Shown here: piece by piece, positions 1 to 10,162 of the stretch | Position numbering within the stretch: position 1 is the first letter of the stretch | How the letters are laid out: each line of letters opens with the position of its first letter | Program-made: the position numbers and the translations under genes | The notes under the pieces: generated by a model | Database searches by the model: none | The model's input: only the letters and a program-made list of their open reading frames with translations | Told to the model about the DNA's origin: nothing | Assembly (NCBI GenBank): GCA_002687715.1 | Contig: NZBC01000077.1 | Span: 1 to 49,151, forward strand | Direction of reading: 5' to 3' | DNA: 49,151 nucleotides | Source: Planctomycetota bacterium | GTDB taxonomy: Bacteria; Planctomycetota; GCA-002687715

Positions 1-420
1 CGAGGCGGCGCATCTCGTGGGTACGGCTCTCCGGCATATCGGTGACGATCATGTGGAACCCGTAGTCGATCGTCGCTTTGCCGGCGGCCTTCTCGTGCCA
101 GGTCTCGAGCCCGGCGAGGGTGGACTCGCCCTTGGTCTGAATGGCGAAGTCGATGAGGCTGGTCGTGCCGCCGTGGGCGGCTGCGATCGTGCCGGACTCG
201 AAATCGTCAGCCGACGTCGTTCCGCCGAACGGCATGTCGAGGTGGGTATGAGAGTCGATCCCACCGGGGATCACGAGCCGGTCCGATGCGTCGATGACGG
301 TGTCCGGCGAGACCGGCAGGCCGCGCCCGATCATGACGATCTTCTCGCCGTCGATCAGGACGTCGGCGTGGTAGTCGTCCGTGGCGGTGACGATGCGTCC
401 GTTCTTGATGAGGATTGACA
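1..420 (-). CDS. Dihydropyrimidinase / D-hydantoinase, N-terminal part only. Gene continues beyond the left window edge; start codon is at 420.
   Basis: Reverse-complement of 1..420 translates to MSILIKNGRIVTATDDYHADVLIDGEKIVMIGRGL...VIPGGIDSHTHLDMPFGGTTSADDFESGTIAAAHGGTTSLIDF. This is the typical cyclic-amidohydrolase N-terminus with the metal-binding HxH motif. It runs off the window, so it is absent from the ORF track. Confidence 0.8.
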
Positions 421-442
421 TGGTCCGGTCTCCAGCGGATCG

Positions 443-1924
443 TTGAGCCAGGATCTTAGCCACATGACCTGGAAGCTGCTGGGCGTCCTGCTGTATCTGA
501 TGGTCCTCGTGTTGATCGGCGTACTCGCGTCGCGTCGAATGAAGGACCTGCGGGAGTACTTCGTCGGCGGCAAGCGGATGGGGTTCTGGAGCGTCGCGTT
601 CTCGGCGCGCGCGACGGGGGAGTCGGCGTGGCTGCTGATCGGCCTCACGGGCCTCGGTGCGACCGTCGGCGTCCGGGCGTTCTGGGTCGTCATCGGCGAG
701 GTGCTCGGTGTCGCGGGTGGGTGGCTGCTGATGGCGCGCCGGTTCAAGCGTTCTACCGACGCCTGCGACGCCGTCACGGTGCCGGACTGGCTGGAGGCGC
801 GCTTCGACGACCAGACCCATGCGCTACGCAAGGTCGCGGCGGGAGCGCTGGTCGTGTTCGTGATGATCTACGTCAGCGCGCAGATCGATGCGACGGGCAA
901 GGCGTTCGAGAGCTTCCTCGGCTGGAACTATTTCGCGGGAGCGCTGCTCGGGTTCTGCATCGTCCTGCTCTACACCACGTTTGGCGGGTTCGTCGCCGTG
1001 GTGTGGTCGGACGTGTTCCAGGGCACGATCATGGTGCTCGGGCTCGTGACGTTGCCGATCGTGGGGTTCATCGCGGCGGGCGGCCCCGGTGAGGTGTTCG
1101 ACGGCCTGTGGGCCCAGGACCCCGGGTTGTTGACCTGGAGCGGGACCGAGGGAATGAGTGCGGTGGGCATCGCGACGACGTTGTCCTACCTGTGCATCGG
1201 CATCGGGTTTCTCGGGTCGCCCCAGGTGTTCGTTCGCTTCATCTCGCTGCGATCGGAAGACGAGATCCCACGCGGCGCGACCGTCGCGATCGTGTGGACG
1301 GTCCTTGCCGACAGCGGAGCCGTCCTCGTCGGCATCCTGGCGCGCCACCTCGTCGGGGAGACGGGGGAGGATGCGCTCGCGCGACTCGTCGAGCATCTCA
1401 TGCCGTCGCTTCTGGTCGGGCTCTACATCGCGATCGTGCTCGCGGCGACGATGTCGACGGTCGATTCTCTGCTCATCGTCGGCGCGAGCGCGGCCGTGCG
1501 GGACTGGTACCAGAAGATCCGTCGGCCCGACCTCGACGACATGACGCTCGTGGCGCTCTGTCGCCGCGCGACGATCGGGCTGGCGATGATGGCGTTGCTC
1601 CTCGCCATGATCGTGGCGGTGTCGAGCGAGGACCGCACCGTGTTCTGGTATGTCATCTTCGGCTGGTCCGGAATCGCGGCGACGTTCTGCCCGACGGTGA
1701 TCCTCGCGTTGTTCTGGAACGGATTCACGCGGAGGGGCGCGTTCGCCGCCATGGTGACGGGGTTCGTGGGCGTTCCGTTCTTCGCGTTCGGCGCGCCGCG
1801 GCTCCCGGGGTACGGCGAGGTGTTCGGAGCCCTCGGTGAGCTGTTGCCGGCGTTCGTCCTCTCGGCGGCCGTCGGTGTGCTCGTCAGCCTGCTGGACCGC
1901 GACGGACGCTCCGCCTCGTCATAG
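443..1924 (+). CDS. Sodium:solute symporter (SSF) family transporter. Start may be TTG at 443 or ATG at 464.
   Basis: 493-aa multi-TM protein with an SSF-like sequence pattern. Divergent from the dihydropyrimidinase gene with only a ~25-45 bp gap. Confidence 0.8.
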   Translation: MSQDLSHMTWKLLGVLLYLMVLVLIGVLASRRMKDLREYFVGGKRMGFWSVAFSARATGESAWLLIGLTGLGATVGVRAFWVVIGEVLGVAGGWLLMARRFKRSTDACDAVTVPDWLEARFDDQTHALRKVAAGALVVFVMIYVSAQIDATGKAFESFLGWNYFAGALLGFCIVLLYTTFGGFVAVVWSDVFQGTIMVLGLVTLPIVGFIAAGGPGEVFDGLWAQDPGLLTWSGTEGMSAVGIATTLSYLCIGIGFLGSPQVFVRFISLRSEDEIPRGATVAIVWTVLADSGAVLVGILARHLVGETGEDALARLVEHLMPSLLVGLYIAIVLAATMSTVDSLLIVGASAAVRDWYQKIRRPDLDDMTLVALCRRATIGLAMMALLLAMIVAVSSEDRTVFWYVIFGWSGIAATFCPTVILALFWNGFTRRGAFAAMVTGFVGVPFFAFGAPRLPGYGEVFGALGELLPAFVLSAAVGVLVSLLDRDGRSASS

Positions 1925-1970
1925 ACTCCGCTTCGGCCCGGTGCTTCAATGGCCGCCCCGGAGAGCCTGC

Positions 1971-3437
1971 ATGCTCGAGAACGCCGACCCGTCCCTCATC
2001 AACGACGATATCCGACCCACCACCGAGAAGGAGCGGCATTGGTCGGTCCTGAACATGGCCAGCCTATGGGTCGGCATGGTGGTGTGCGTGCCCACCTACA
2101 TGCTCGCTGGCGGCCTCGTCGATCAGGGTATGAACTGGAAGCAGGCGGTGCTGACGGTGATGCTCGGCAATGTCATCATTCTCGTCCCGATGATCCTCAA
2201 CGGGCACGCGGGGACGAAGTACGGCGTGCCGTTTCCGGTTCTCGCGCGGGCGAGCTTTGGGATTCACGGTGCGCACATCCCAGCCTTGTTGCGTGCGCTC
2301 GTCGCGTGCGGGTGGTTCGGCATCCAGACGTGGTTTGGTGGTTCGGCGATCTACCAGCTGCTCAACGTGTTGACGGACGGTGGACTCGTTGGCGATGCGT
2401 TGCCGGTGCTGGGCGTGAACGCCGGCCAGTTCGTCTGCTTCCTGGGTTTCTGGGCGATCCAGGTCTGGATCATCTTTCGAGGTATTCAGTCGATCCGGAT
2501 CCTCGAGACGCTGGCGGCTCCCTTCCTCCTGGTGATGGGCCTTGCGCTTTTGTGGTGGGCGTACGCGAAGGCAGACGGCTTCGGCCCGATGCTCTCCGCC
2601 AAGGGGCAGTTCGATGAGGGCATGCCGCGGGAAGGCGAGTTCATGTCCGCTTTCCTGCCGGGCGTGACCGCCATGGTCGGGTTCTGGGCGACGCTCGCGC
2701 TCAACATCCCCGACTTCACACGCTACGCGCGCTTGCAGCGAGACCAGATCCTCGGGCAAGCGATCGGACTCCCGGCGACGATGACCTTGTTCGCCTTCAT
2801 CGGTGTCGCCGTGACGAGCGCCACGATGGTCATCTTCACGGATGGGAAGGCCGTGCCGGACCCAACGGTCCTCGCCGGGAAGATGGGCGGAGGTTTTTCC
2901 GTCGTTGCTTCGCTGTTCGCGCTGTCCATCGCGACGCTGTCGACGAACCTCGCGGCCAACGTGGTATCCCCGGCGAACGCGATGATCAATGCAGCGCCTG
3001 GCAGGATCACGTACAAGATCGGCGGGCTCATCACGGCTCTCATCGGACTCTTGATCTTCCCGTGGAAGCTCATCGAGACGTCCGGTGGCTACATCTTCAC
3101 CTGGCTCATCGGCTACTCGGCGTTGCTGGGGCCGATTGTCGCCATCTTGATCGTCGATTACTTCCTCGTGCGCCGCATGAAGATCGATATCGACGACCTG
3201 TTTTCCAAGCGGGGTCGCTACTGGTACCGCGGCGGATTCAATCCCGCGGCGATCATTGCGTTCGTCGTCGGTGTGCTTCCGAATGTGCCGGGCTTCATTC
3301 GCAAGGCAACCGGCACTGATGACGGCAATGAGTTCGATCAGATCTACACCTACGCCTGGTTCGTCGGCTTCTTCCTCGCCGGCACCCTCTATTGGCTGCT
3401 CATGTCGCTGCAGCGCTCCCGAGGAGCCTCATCATGA
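1971..3437 (+). CDS. NCS1 family nucleobase:cation symporter (cytosine/uracil/hydantoin/allantoin permease-like).
   Basis: ATG at 1971 preceded by GGAGAG. ~488-aa polytopic membrane protein whose N-terminus (LINDDIRPTTEKERHWSVLNMASLWVGMVV) is typical of NCS1 permeases. Stop overlaps the next start (ATGA). Confidence 0.8.
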   Translation: MLENADPSLINDDIRPTTEKERHWSVLNMASLWVGMVVCVPTYMLAGGLVDQGMNWKQAVLTVMLGNVIILVPMILNGHAGTKYGVPFPVLARASFGIHGAHIPALLRALVACGWFGIQTWFGGSAIYQLLNVLTDGGLVGDALPVLGVNAGQFVCFLGFWAIQVWIIFRGIQSIRILETLAAPFLLVMGLALLWWAYAKADGFGPMLSAKGQFDEGMPREGEFMSAFLPGVTAMVGFWATLALNIPDFTRYARLQRDQILGQAIGLPATMTLFAFIGVAVTSATMVIFTDGKAVPDPTVLAGKMGGGFSVVASLFALSIATLSTNLAANVVSPANAMINAAPGRITYKIGGLITALIGLLIFPWKLIETSGGYIFTWLIGYSALLGPIVAILIVDYFLVRRMKIDIDDLFSKRGRYWYRGGFNPAAIIAFVVGVLPNVPGFIRKATGTDDGNEFDQIYTYAWFVGFFLAGTLYWLLMSLQRSRGASS

Positions 3438-4921
3438 CCGAGAAGTTCGCCGCCACGAGTTACGAGTTCACGCCGTGCGCCGACGCGCGCAACTGGATCG
3501 GCGGGCAGTGGGTCCTTGCCGATGGCTGCGAGATGATCGACGTGGAGAACCCGCGGCACGGGCAGGTCATGGCGCACGTGCCGCTGTCGGGCGCCGCCGA
3601 AGTGGCGGCTGCGGTCGAGGCCGCTGCCGCCGCTCAGCCCGCGTGGGCTGCCGAGCCGATGCGCGATCGTGCCCAGGTGCTCTACAAGCTGCGGGAGCTC
3701 ATGCACCGCGACCTCGAGGAGCTATCGTGGCTGGTGTCGCACGAGAACGGCAAGGTCTACGCCGAGGCGAAGGGGAGCGTGCTGAAGGCGATCGAGTGCG
3801 CCGAGTTCGGGTGCTCGCTGCCGAACCTCGCCGCCGGGCAGCAGCTGGACGTCAGCCGCGGGGTGAACTGCCAGGTCGTGCACGAGCCGGTCGGCGTCGT
3901 GGCGGGCGTCACGCCGTTCAACTTCCCGATCATGGTGCCGCTGTGGATGCTGCCGCAGGCGCTCGTCGGCGGCAACGCGTTCATCATGAAGCCGTCGGAG
4001 CAGGTGCCGCTGTCGGTGCAGCGGCTCGCGGCGCTGCTGGAGGAGGCGGGGCTCCCGGCCGGGGTCTTCAACGTGGTCAACGGCGGCCGCGCGGCGGTCG
4101 AAGCGCTGTGTGACCATGAGGGCATCGATGCGATGGCGTTCGTCGGGTCGACGCGGGTGGCGAAGCAGGTATACGCACGCGGGTCGCAGACCGGGAAGCG
4201 CATGCTGTGCCTCGGCGGCGCGAAGAACCACCTCATCGTCGTCCCCGATGCGGACTACGAGCTCACCACCCAGAACGTCCTGGACTCGTTCACCGGGTGC
4301 GCCGGGCAGCGCTGCATGGCGGCGTCGGTGATGGTGGGGGTGGGAGACGTCGATCGCATCGTCTCCGGCATCGCCGAGAAGGCGGGGGCGCTGAAGGTCG
4401 GCGACCAGATGGGGCCGATCACGAGCGCGGCCGCGGTCGAGCGCATCACGGGCTACATCGATCAGGCCGAGCAAATGGGCGCGAAGATCCTGGTCGACGG
4501 GCGCGGCCAGCGCGCGACCGATGGCGGCTACTGGGTCGGCGTGACCGTCATCGACGGTGTCACGGCCGACATGCCCGCCTCGTGCGAGGAGATCTTCGGT
4601 CCCGTCCTGTCGATCGTCCGCGCCGACACGCTCGACGAGGCGATCCGCATCGAGAACGAATCTGAATACGGCAACGCATCGTCGATCTACACCACCAGCG
4701 GTGACGTCGCCCGCGAGGTCATGGCTCGCGTTTCGGCCGGCATGTGCGGTGTGAACGTCGGCGTGCCCGTGCCGCGCGAGCCGTTCGGGTTCGGCGGTTG
4801 GAACGACTCGCTGTTCGGCCACGGCAACATCACCGGATGGGACGGGTTCCGGTTCTGGACCCGGCCGCGCAAGATCACGTCGAAGTGGGCGGTCCAGAAA
4901 GACCAGACCTGGATGAGCTGA
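3434..4921 (+). CDS. mmsA: CoA-acylating methylmalonate/malonate-semialdehyde dehydrogenase (aldehyde dehydrogenase family).
   Basis: 495 aa. Aldehyde-dehydrogenase pattern (VTPFNFP, FIMKPSEQVPLS, GQRCMA catalytic Cys region). Length and N-terminus typical of MmsA. Translationally coupled to the permease (ATGA overlap). Confidence 0.85.
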   Translation: MTEKFAATSYEFTPCADARNWIGGQWVLADGCEMIDVENPRHGQVMAHVPLSGAAEVAAAVEAAAAAQPAWAAEPMRDRAQVLYKLRELMHRDLEELSWLVSHENGKVYAEAKGSVLKAIECAEFGCSLPNLAAGQQLDVSRGVNCQVVHEPVGVVAGVTPFNFPIMVPLWMLPQALVGGNAFIMKPSEQVPLSVQRLAALLEEAGLPAGVFNVVNGGRAAVEALCDHEGIDAMAFVGSTRVAKQVYARGSQTGKRMLCLGGAKNHLIVVPDADYELTTQNVLDSFTGCAGQRCMAASVMVGVGDVDRIVSGIAEKAGALKVGDQMGPITSAAAVERITGYIDQAEQMGAKILVDGRGQRATDGGYWVGVTVIDGVTADMPASCEEIFGPVLSIVRADTLDEAIRIENESEYGNASSIYTTSGDVAREVMARVSAGMCGVNVGVPVPREPFGFGGWNDSLFGHGNITGWDGFRFWTRPRKITSKWAVQKDQTWMS

Positions 4922-4931
4922 GGACACCTGC

Positions 4932-6260
4932 ATGAACAGTCAGGAGATGACCGACCTCTGCCTGCGCCACACGCTGTACGCGTGGTCGGCGACCGGACAG
5001 GTGGCGCCGCTGCCCATCGAGCGCGCCGAGGGGATCTGGCTCTACGACCCCGACGGCAATCGCTACTTGGACTTCAACTCGCAGCTGATGAGCGTCCATG
5101 TCGGGCACGGCCATCCGAAGGTGATCGAGCGGATGAAGGCCCAGCTCGACCAGCTCATCTACGCGTGGCCCGGGTCGGCGACGGCGCCGCGCGCGCGGCT
5201 TGCCCAACGGCTCGCCAATCTCGTGCCCGGGGACATCAACACGTTCTTCTTCACCCTCGGCGGGGCCGAGGCCAACGAGAACGCGATCAAGGCGGCGCGG
5301 CTCTACACCGGCCGCCACAAGATCCTCGCGCGCTACCGGAGCTACCACGGTGCGACGAACGCGTGCATGCAGCTCACCGGCGATCCGCGGCGCCTCGCGA
5401 ACGAACCCGGGCTCCCCGGAGTCATTCACGTCATGGATCCGGTCCCGTACGACTTCTCGTTCGGCGCGACCCCCGAGGAGATCACCCGGAACCACCTCAC
5501 GTACCTGGAAGAGACGATCCACTACGAGGGCACGGACAAGATCGCGGCGTTCTTCGTCGAGACGGTGACCGGCACCAACGGGATCCTCACGCCCCCGCCC
5601 GGCTGGCTCGAGGGGGTTCGCGAGCTGTGTACCCGGCACGGCATCCTCCTCGTCTGCGACGAGGTCATGTGCGGCTTCGGTCGCACCGGCAAGATGTTCG
5701 CGTTCGAGCACACCGGCGCCGTTCCCGACATCCTCACCATGGCCAAGGGTCTCACCAGCTCGTACGCCCCGCTCGGCGCCATGGGGGTCAGCGACGCCAT
5801 CGCCGACCACTTCCGCAAGGAGGTGTTCTGGGGCGGGCTCACCTACAACTCCCACGCCCTCTCGCTCGCGACCGCCGAAGCCGTGCTCGACGTGATCGAA
5901 GAGGAGAAGCTGGTCGAACACGCTGCAGCCCTCGGCCCGGTCATGCGCGAGGAGATGGACCGCCTGCAGGACCGCCATCCCTGCGTCCGCGATGCCCGCA
6001 ACATCGGGCTCTTTGGCATCGTCGAGCTCGCGGACGGCAACGGCGATCGCCTCGTTCCCTACCGCGGCGCCCACCCCGCGATGAAGGAGCTCAACGCCGC
6101 CTTCCGCGCCAACGGACTCTTCACGCTGGTCTGGGGCGGCACCTTCTTCTGCAACCCGCCGCTGATCATCACCGAAGCCGAGCTGCGCGACGGGTTCGCG
6201 ATCGTCGATCGTTCGCTCGAAGTCGTGGACCGGGCGATCGCATCGGGGACTGCGCGGTAG
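4932..6260 (+). CDS. Class III (omega) aminotransferase, beta-alanine/beta-aminoisobutyrate:pyruvate transaminase-like.
   Basis: 442 aa. PLP fold-type I class III pattern, including DEVMCGFGRTGKMFAFEH with the Lys in the TMAKGLTSSY region. Context with mmsA and PreTA fits pyrimidine reductive catabolism. Confidence 0.85.
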   Translation: MNSQEMTDLCLRHTLYAWSATGQVAPLPIERAEGIWLYDPDGNRYLDFNSQLMSVHVGHGHPKVIERMKAQLDQLIYAWPGSATAPRARLAQRLANLVPGDINTFFFTLGGAEANENAIKAARLYTGRHKILARYRSYHGATNACMQLTGDPRRLANEPGLPGVIHVMDPVPYDFSFGATPEEITRNHLTYLEETIHYEGTDKIAAFFVETVTGTNGILTPPPGWLEGVRELCTRHGILLVCDEVMCGFGRTGKMFAFEHTGAVPDILTMAKGLTSSYAPLGAMGVSDAIADHFRKEVFWGGLTYNSHALSLATAEAVLDVIEEEKLVEHAAALGPVMREEMDRLQDRHPCVRDARNIGLFGIVELADGNGDRLVPYRGAHPAMKELNAAFRANGLFTLVWGGTFFCNPPLIITEAELRDGFAIVDRSLEVVDRAIASGTAR

Positions 6261-6279
6261 AAGATGAGAGTACAGAGTG

Positions 6280-6342
6280 CCAAGGAGAACCCAGGAGGCG
6301 ACCAGAACTGATCTGATTCTCGGGTTCCTGGGTTCTCCTTGG
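6280..6342. terminator. Perfect 17-bp inverted repeat (CCAAGGAGAACCCAGGA ... TCCTGGGTTCTCCTTGG) between convergent genes, followed on the + strand by a T-rich stretch. Putative bidirectional terminator.
   Basis: Read directly from the sequence. Arms at about 6280-6296 and 6326-6342, loop ~29 nt. Confidence 0.45.
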
Positions 6343-6386
6343 CGTTTCTGCTGCTCTCTCGCGCGTTGCTCCTGGCTCTAACGGTC

Positions 6387-8888
6387 TCAACGCTGGCGCA
6401 GCTTGCGAACGGATTCGGCCAGCGCCGTTTCGGACACCTGGGTCCACTCGAATCGGAGCGGTGTTTCCCCCGCCCGCGCGGCCCTCACCAATGTCCCGAC
6501 GACCTCCGTCTTCGGGCGTGGCTTGCCGTCGACCATCAACCGGGCCCGGATTTCGATGCGGAACTCGGTCGGATCAGGCAACTCCAGGTGACACTGTTTG
6601 CCGGCGAACGACGCGAACCCGCTCGGTTTCTGGAACGCGCCGCGCCTCAAGTGCCACGGGTCGGCCGCTGGCCCTGATCGTGCGTCGAATTGCCACCACG
6701 CCTCGAGTCGGACGTCTTGAGGGAGCTTCGGCTCCCGATCGAATTCGACCGAGAGCCCCGGCTCCGCGGTCACCTCGACCGTCCGGTCGGCGATGACGTT
6801 CTCGAGTCGCATCCAGCGGTGGTTCGGCGTCTCGATCAGCAGTCGGGGCTTCTCCTTCGGTACCCAGAGAGAAACTCCGCCGCTGGCGTCGGTCCGGCCC
6901 CGCGTTCCCCGGCTCGCGTGACGGGGGCGCACCTGCCAGTGCGTCACGCGCGCGTTCGGTACGGGCTTCTTGTCGGCATCAATGACCCGAATCCGGACCT
7001 TGCGGAGATAGGTCTCCCAGGGAACTCGTTGCAGGCGCGGGTCGCGACACGTCTCGCCAGCAACCAACTTGATGCCTTCGATGCGGTGCACGACCCTGCC
7101 ATCGCGGCGAATCACGAACGCATAGGTGCCAGAGGGGAAGAACTCGGCCTCGATCTTGGGGTTGGAGTCGGTGGCGAGCACGGCGCAGAACGCCCCGTCC
7201 GGCTGTGTTCCCGAAGCGTCGACGAGTGCGACCTTCGGCCGATACATGGTGTCCGGGATGGGCCCGTCGAACGCCCCCCGCAGGCTTGCGGCCCTCTTCA
7301 TCACGATGCGGAGGTCCTTGCGGCCAAAGGCGAATCTCTCGTCGCGGCGTTGGTAGCCCGAGCGTTGGGCCCAGAAGTACGACTGCTCGCCAGTCGGGAT
7401 CCCGCGTAGTGCGAACCGGCCCTCGCCGTCGGTCGCCATGTGCGTCCCAGAACTGCGCACTAGGACTCCCGGTATCGGCGAACCGGCCTCGTCCACGACG
7501 ACGCCCGACAGTTCGATAGGAGTCTTGCTCAACCGAATCTTGCGCAGGTCTGCTGACGCGGGATCGACGGTCCGTCGGAAGAACAGGGAGGAGTGATAGT
7601 GGAAGGTGCCTACTCGGTGCCCTACGCCCACTGTGATCCGCTCCTTCGGGTCGTATGCGTCGAGCGGCAGGACGAACCGGATCCGGCCGTCAGCCCCGGT
7701 TTTCACACGGAACGAGAAAGTCCCCTCGAAGGGCCGGCGGTGTAGACGAAAACGGTCACGGGTGCGGGATGCTCCGACCACAACGGGCTGGTTCGCGAAC
7801 GGCGCGCCGTCCGGACCGTGGATCCGGGAGTCGATCAGCCCAGTGGAGACGATCCGGATCTCGGACACGGCCCCCAGCTTCGTGGGCCCAACCCCGGTCC
7901 CACGCAGCTCACCGCGTGTGCCGTCCAGGTTGATGCGGAAGCGCAGTTCTCCGATTCCCACCCCGACGTGCCGGTAGACGCCTCCGCTCTTGTTCGGTCG
8001 CGTCGGGAGCCGTCCCATGGCCGGCCTATGGGCGGGGGTCTTGCCCCATTGGATCGTTCGGCGATCTCGCGTCATGAGGACGCGTTCGACGTCGTTGCGC
8101 GGTCGGCCGGCCTCGTCGACCACGGTTAGGCGAACCGTGCCCTCTCGTCGCAGACGAAACGATACGGGCTCGTCGATCCCCTCCAGTTCGGCGGGCTGCA
8201 GCGTTCTTGAAACGGGCTCGTTGGTCTCGACGTCGACGAAGAGCCGGAATGGATTCACCGGCCGGGCCTCTACCGAGACCAATCCCAACCCGATTCGATC
8301 CGTCGCCACGGTATGAGTCGCCTGAACCGTCCATCCGCCCCCGCCTTTCGCGCGGACGAACAGGCCCTCAGCCGGCCTTCCGTTCGCATCATTCACCTGG
8401 ACCCTGAGCCAGCGGCAGCGATGCAGCTTGATGGGTCCGCCACCACTTCCCCAGCACCCTTGCCAGCCGAGCCGCCCCCGAAACACGGCCGTGACCGCGG
8501 ACTGGGGGATCCCCGGTACGACCACCCGTCCGTTCTCGTCGCTCACGTACCTCTTGCCGAACCGACATCCGAACGCGAGGTCGCGGAGCCCGAGCTGGGC
8601 CGCTGTGATGCGAGGCGCGAGGGTGGGGTAGTAGTTCTGATTGCGGTCATGATCCCACGGGCTCCACACCACACTCGCCCCAGCGACCGTCGCGCCGGTC
8701 ATCGGATCCAAGACGGTGAACTCGAATCCCTTCGATTCGGGGGCATGGACAGGCATCGTCTCGACGACGCCGAGAGGATCCCGCGCGACGCGTTCGGCGA
8801 AGTCCTGGTCAGGGTCCTGCCCGGCCGCCACGTTCAAGAGAGCAACTCCAACCACGAATCTGGCGTAGCTGATCTTCATGGTGAACAC
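6387..8888 (-). CDS. Large secreted protein (833 aa) with N-terminal signal peptide and several carboxypeptidase-regulatory-like / transthyretin-like beta-sandwich modules. Function unknown.
   Basis: N-terminus MFTMKISYARFVVGVALLNVAAGQ looks like a signal peptide. Segments such as GVVVDEAGSPIPGVLVRSSGTHMATDGEGRFALRGIPTGEQSY match the CarboxypepD_reg-like pattern from memory. Codirectional with and 87 bp downstream of codA. Confidence 0.6.
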   Translation of the reverse strand: MFTMKISYARFVVGVALLNVAAGQDPDQDFAERVARDPLGVVETMPVHAPESKGFEFTVLDPMTGATVAGASVVWSPWDHDRNQNYYPTLAPRITAAQLGLRDLAFGCRFGKRYVSDENGRVVVPGIPQSAVTAVFRGRLGWQGCWGSGGGPIKLHRCRWLRVQVNDANGRPAEGLFVRAKGGGGWTVQATHTVATDRIGLGLVSVEARPVNPFRLFVDVETNEPVSRTLQPAELEGIDEPVSFRLRREGTVRLTVVDEAGRPRNDVERVLMTRDRRTIQWGKTPAHRPAMGRLPTRPNKSGGVYRHVGVGIGELRFRINLDGTRGELRGTGVGPTKLGAVSEIRIVSTGLIDSRIHGPDGAPFANQPVVVGASRTRDRFRLHRRPFEGTFSFRVKTGADGRIRFVLPLDAYDPKERITVGVGHRVGTFHYHSSLFFRRTVDPASADLRKIRLSKTPIELSGVVVDEAGSPIPGVLVRSSGTHMATDGEGRFALRGIPTGEQSYFWAQRSGYQRRDERFAFGRKDLRIVMKRAASLRGAFDGPIPDTMYRPKVALVDASGTQPDGAFCAVLATDSNPKIEAEFFPSGTYAFVIRRDGRVVHRIEGIKLVAGETCRDPRLQRVPWETYLRKVRIRVIDADKKPVPNARVTHWQVRPRHASRGTRGRTDASGGVSLWVPKEKPRLLIETPNHRWMRLENVIADRTVEVTAEPGLSVEFDREPKLPQDVRLEAWWQFDARSGPAADPWHLRRGAFQKPSGFASFAGKQCHLELPDPTEFRIEIRARLMVDGKPRPKTEVVGTLVRAARAGETPLRFEWTQVSETALAESVRKLRQR

Positions 8889-8975
8889 CGATTCACTGGC
8901 CTCGCGGGCCGTGCCTGCTGGAGCGCCTCATTGTCGCACCCGGACCGCACCGCTGAGAAGACCATCGAAGGCGTC

Positions 8976-10154
8976 TCAGGAGATGACCCGGGGCCTCGGC
9001 CGCAAGCGCAGGATCTCGATCTCGTCTGGCTCATCCCACCACAGGATCGGTGCGGATTCGCCGGCGAAGATCTCGGGGGGCGTGCCGAAGGGGAGGTGGT
9101 TCTCGTGGTGGAGGGTGCGGAAGACGCGGCGCATGGCGTCCTCGCTGGTGAGGTGACCGAGGTGGATCGCCATCGACGCGGCGTCGAGGAGGTTGCCGGT
9201 GCCGAGGCGGTACCAAGGGTCCATGACGGAATCGTGGCCGATGCCGACGTGGGCTCCGGCGGCCCAGAGCTCGTCGATGCGGGTGAGGCCGCGGCGCCTG
9301 GGGTAGGAGTCGTAGCGGCCCTGGAGCACGACGTTGTCGAGCGGGTTCGCGACGACCTGGACGCCCGCCGTGGCCACGAGCTCGCAGATCTTCGCGGCGT
9401 AGGGATTGGGGTAGGAGTGGAGCGCGGTGCAGTGGCCGCAGACGACCCGGCCAGAGAACCCGCGGTCGATGGCCTCGGCGCACACGACCTCGAGGTTGCG
9501 CGACCCGGGGTCGTCGGTCTCGTCGCAGTGGAAGTCGAGTTGGCGCCCGTTCTCCTCGGCGAGGTCGAACGCGATGCGGACACTCCGCCAGCCTTCCTCG
9601 GTCGTTCGCTCGAAGTGGGGGATGCCGCCGACCGCGTCGCAGCCGAGGGCGACCGCTCGTTCCCACTGCTCGCGGCGGCCGGGGGCGCGAAGGATGCCCT
9701 CCTGCGGGAACGCCACCACCTGGAGCTGCACCCCGCGTTCTGCGAGCACCGGTTTGAGATCGAGGAGGGTCTGGACCGCCACCTCGCAGCCGGTGTCGAC
9801 GTGAGTACGGATGGAGAGCGTGCCCGTATCGACGTACATCTGCGCCGTCGCCAGCGCGCGTTCGCGGATGTCCTCTTCGGTCAGTGACGCTCTCAGCGCG
9901 GACCAGTTGGCGATGCCCTCGCGTAGGGTGCCGGAGCGATTTGGAGCGCGGCGTCCGAGGAGGGCGGCGTCGAGATGGACGTGGGGTTCCGCGAACGGCG
10001 GCGTGACGCGGCCGCCGTCGAGGACATCCTCCTCGGATCGCGGTGCGAGCCGCACGGCGTCTCCGCCAGTGAGCTCGACGACGTCGGTGACCACGCCGTC
10101 TGCGATGCGGACGTCACATTCGCGGTCGCCGACGGCCGTGTTGCGGATGAGCAT
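8976..10154 (-). CDS. codA: Cytosine deaminase (amidohydrolase superfamily).
   Basis: 392 aa with near-motif-by-motif resemblance to E. coli CodA as recalled: PPFAEPHVHLD, QVVAFPQEGIL, GGIPHFE, FHCDETDD, HCTALHSY, VANPLDNVVLQGRYDSYPRRRG, GHDSVMDPWYRLGT. Confidence 0.85.
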   Translation of the reverse strand: MLIRNTAVGDRECDVRIADGVVTDVVELTGGDAVRLAPRSEEDVLDGGRVTPPFAEPHVHLDAALLGRRAPNRSGTLREGIANWSALRASLTEEDIRERALATAQMYVDTGTLSIRTHVDTGCEVAVQTLLDLKPVLAERGVQLQVVAFPQEGILRAPGRREQWERAVALGCDAVGGIPHFERTTEEGWRSVRIAFDLAEENGRQLDFHCDETDDPGSRNLEVVCAEAIDRGFSGRVVCGHCTALHSYPNPYAAKICELVATAGVQVVANPLDNVVLQGRYDSYPRRRGLTRIDELWAAGAHVGIGHDSVMDPWYRLGTGNLLDAASMAIHLGHLTSEDAMRRVFRTLHHENHLPFGTPPEIFAGESAPILWWDEPDEIEILRLRPRPRVIS

Positions 10155-10162
10155 GGGCTGAT

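Noticed and set aside
3722-4933. Long antisense or out-of-frame ORFs overlapping confidently assigned genes. Besides 3722..4933 (-), examples include 4982..6316 (+), 10285..11799 (-), 11450..12853 (-), 20240..22090 (+), 23249..24946 (+), 24314..25408 (-), 25632..26918 (+), 29886..31166 (+), 33475..34833 (+), 36540..38003 (+), 38385..39560 (-), 39864..41558 (+), 44330..45361 (+) and 45410..46942 (+).
   Set aside because: Typical shadow ORFs of ~70% GC DNA. Their translations are Arg/Ala/Gly/Pro-rich low-complexity, and each overlaps a gene with clear family signatures on the other strand or frame.
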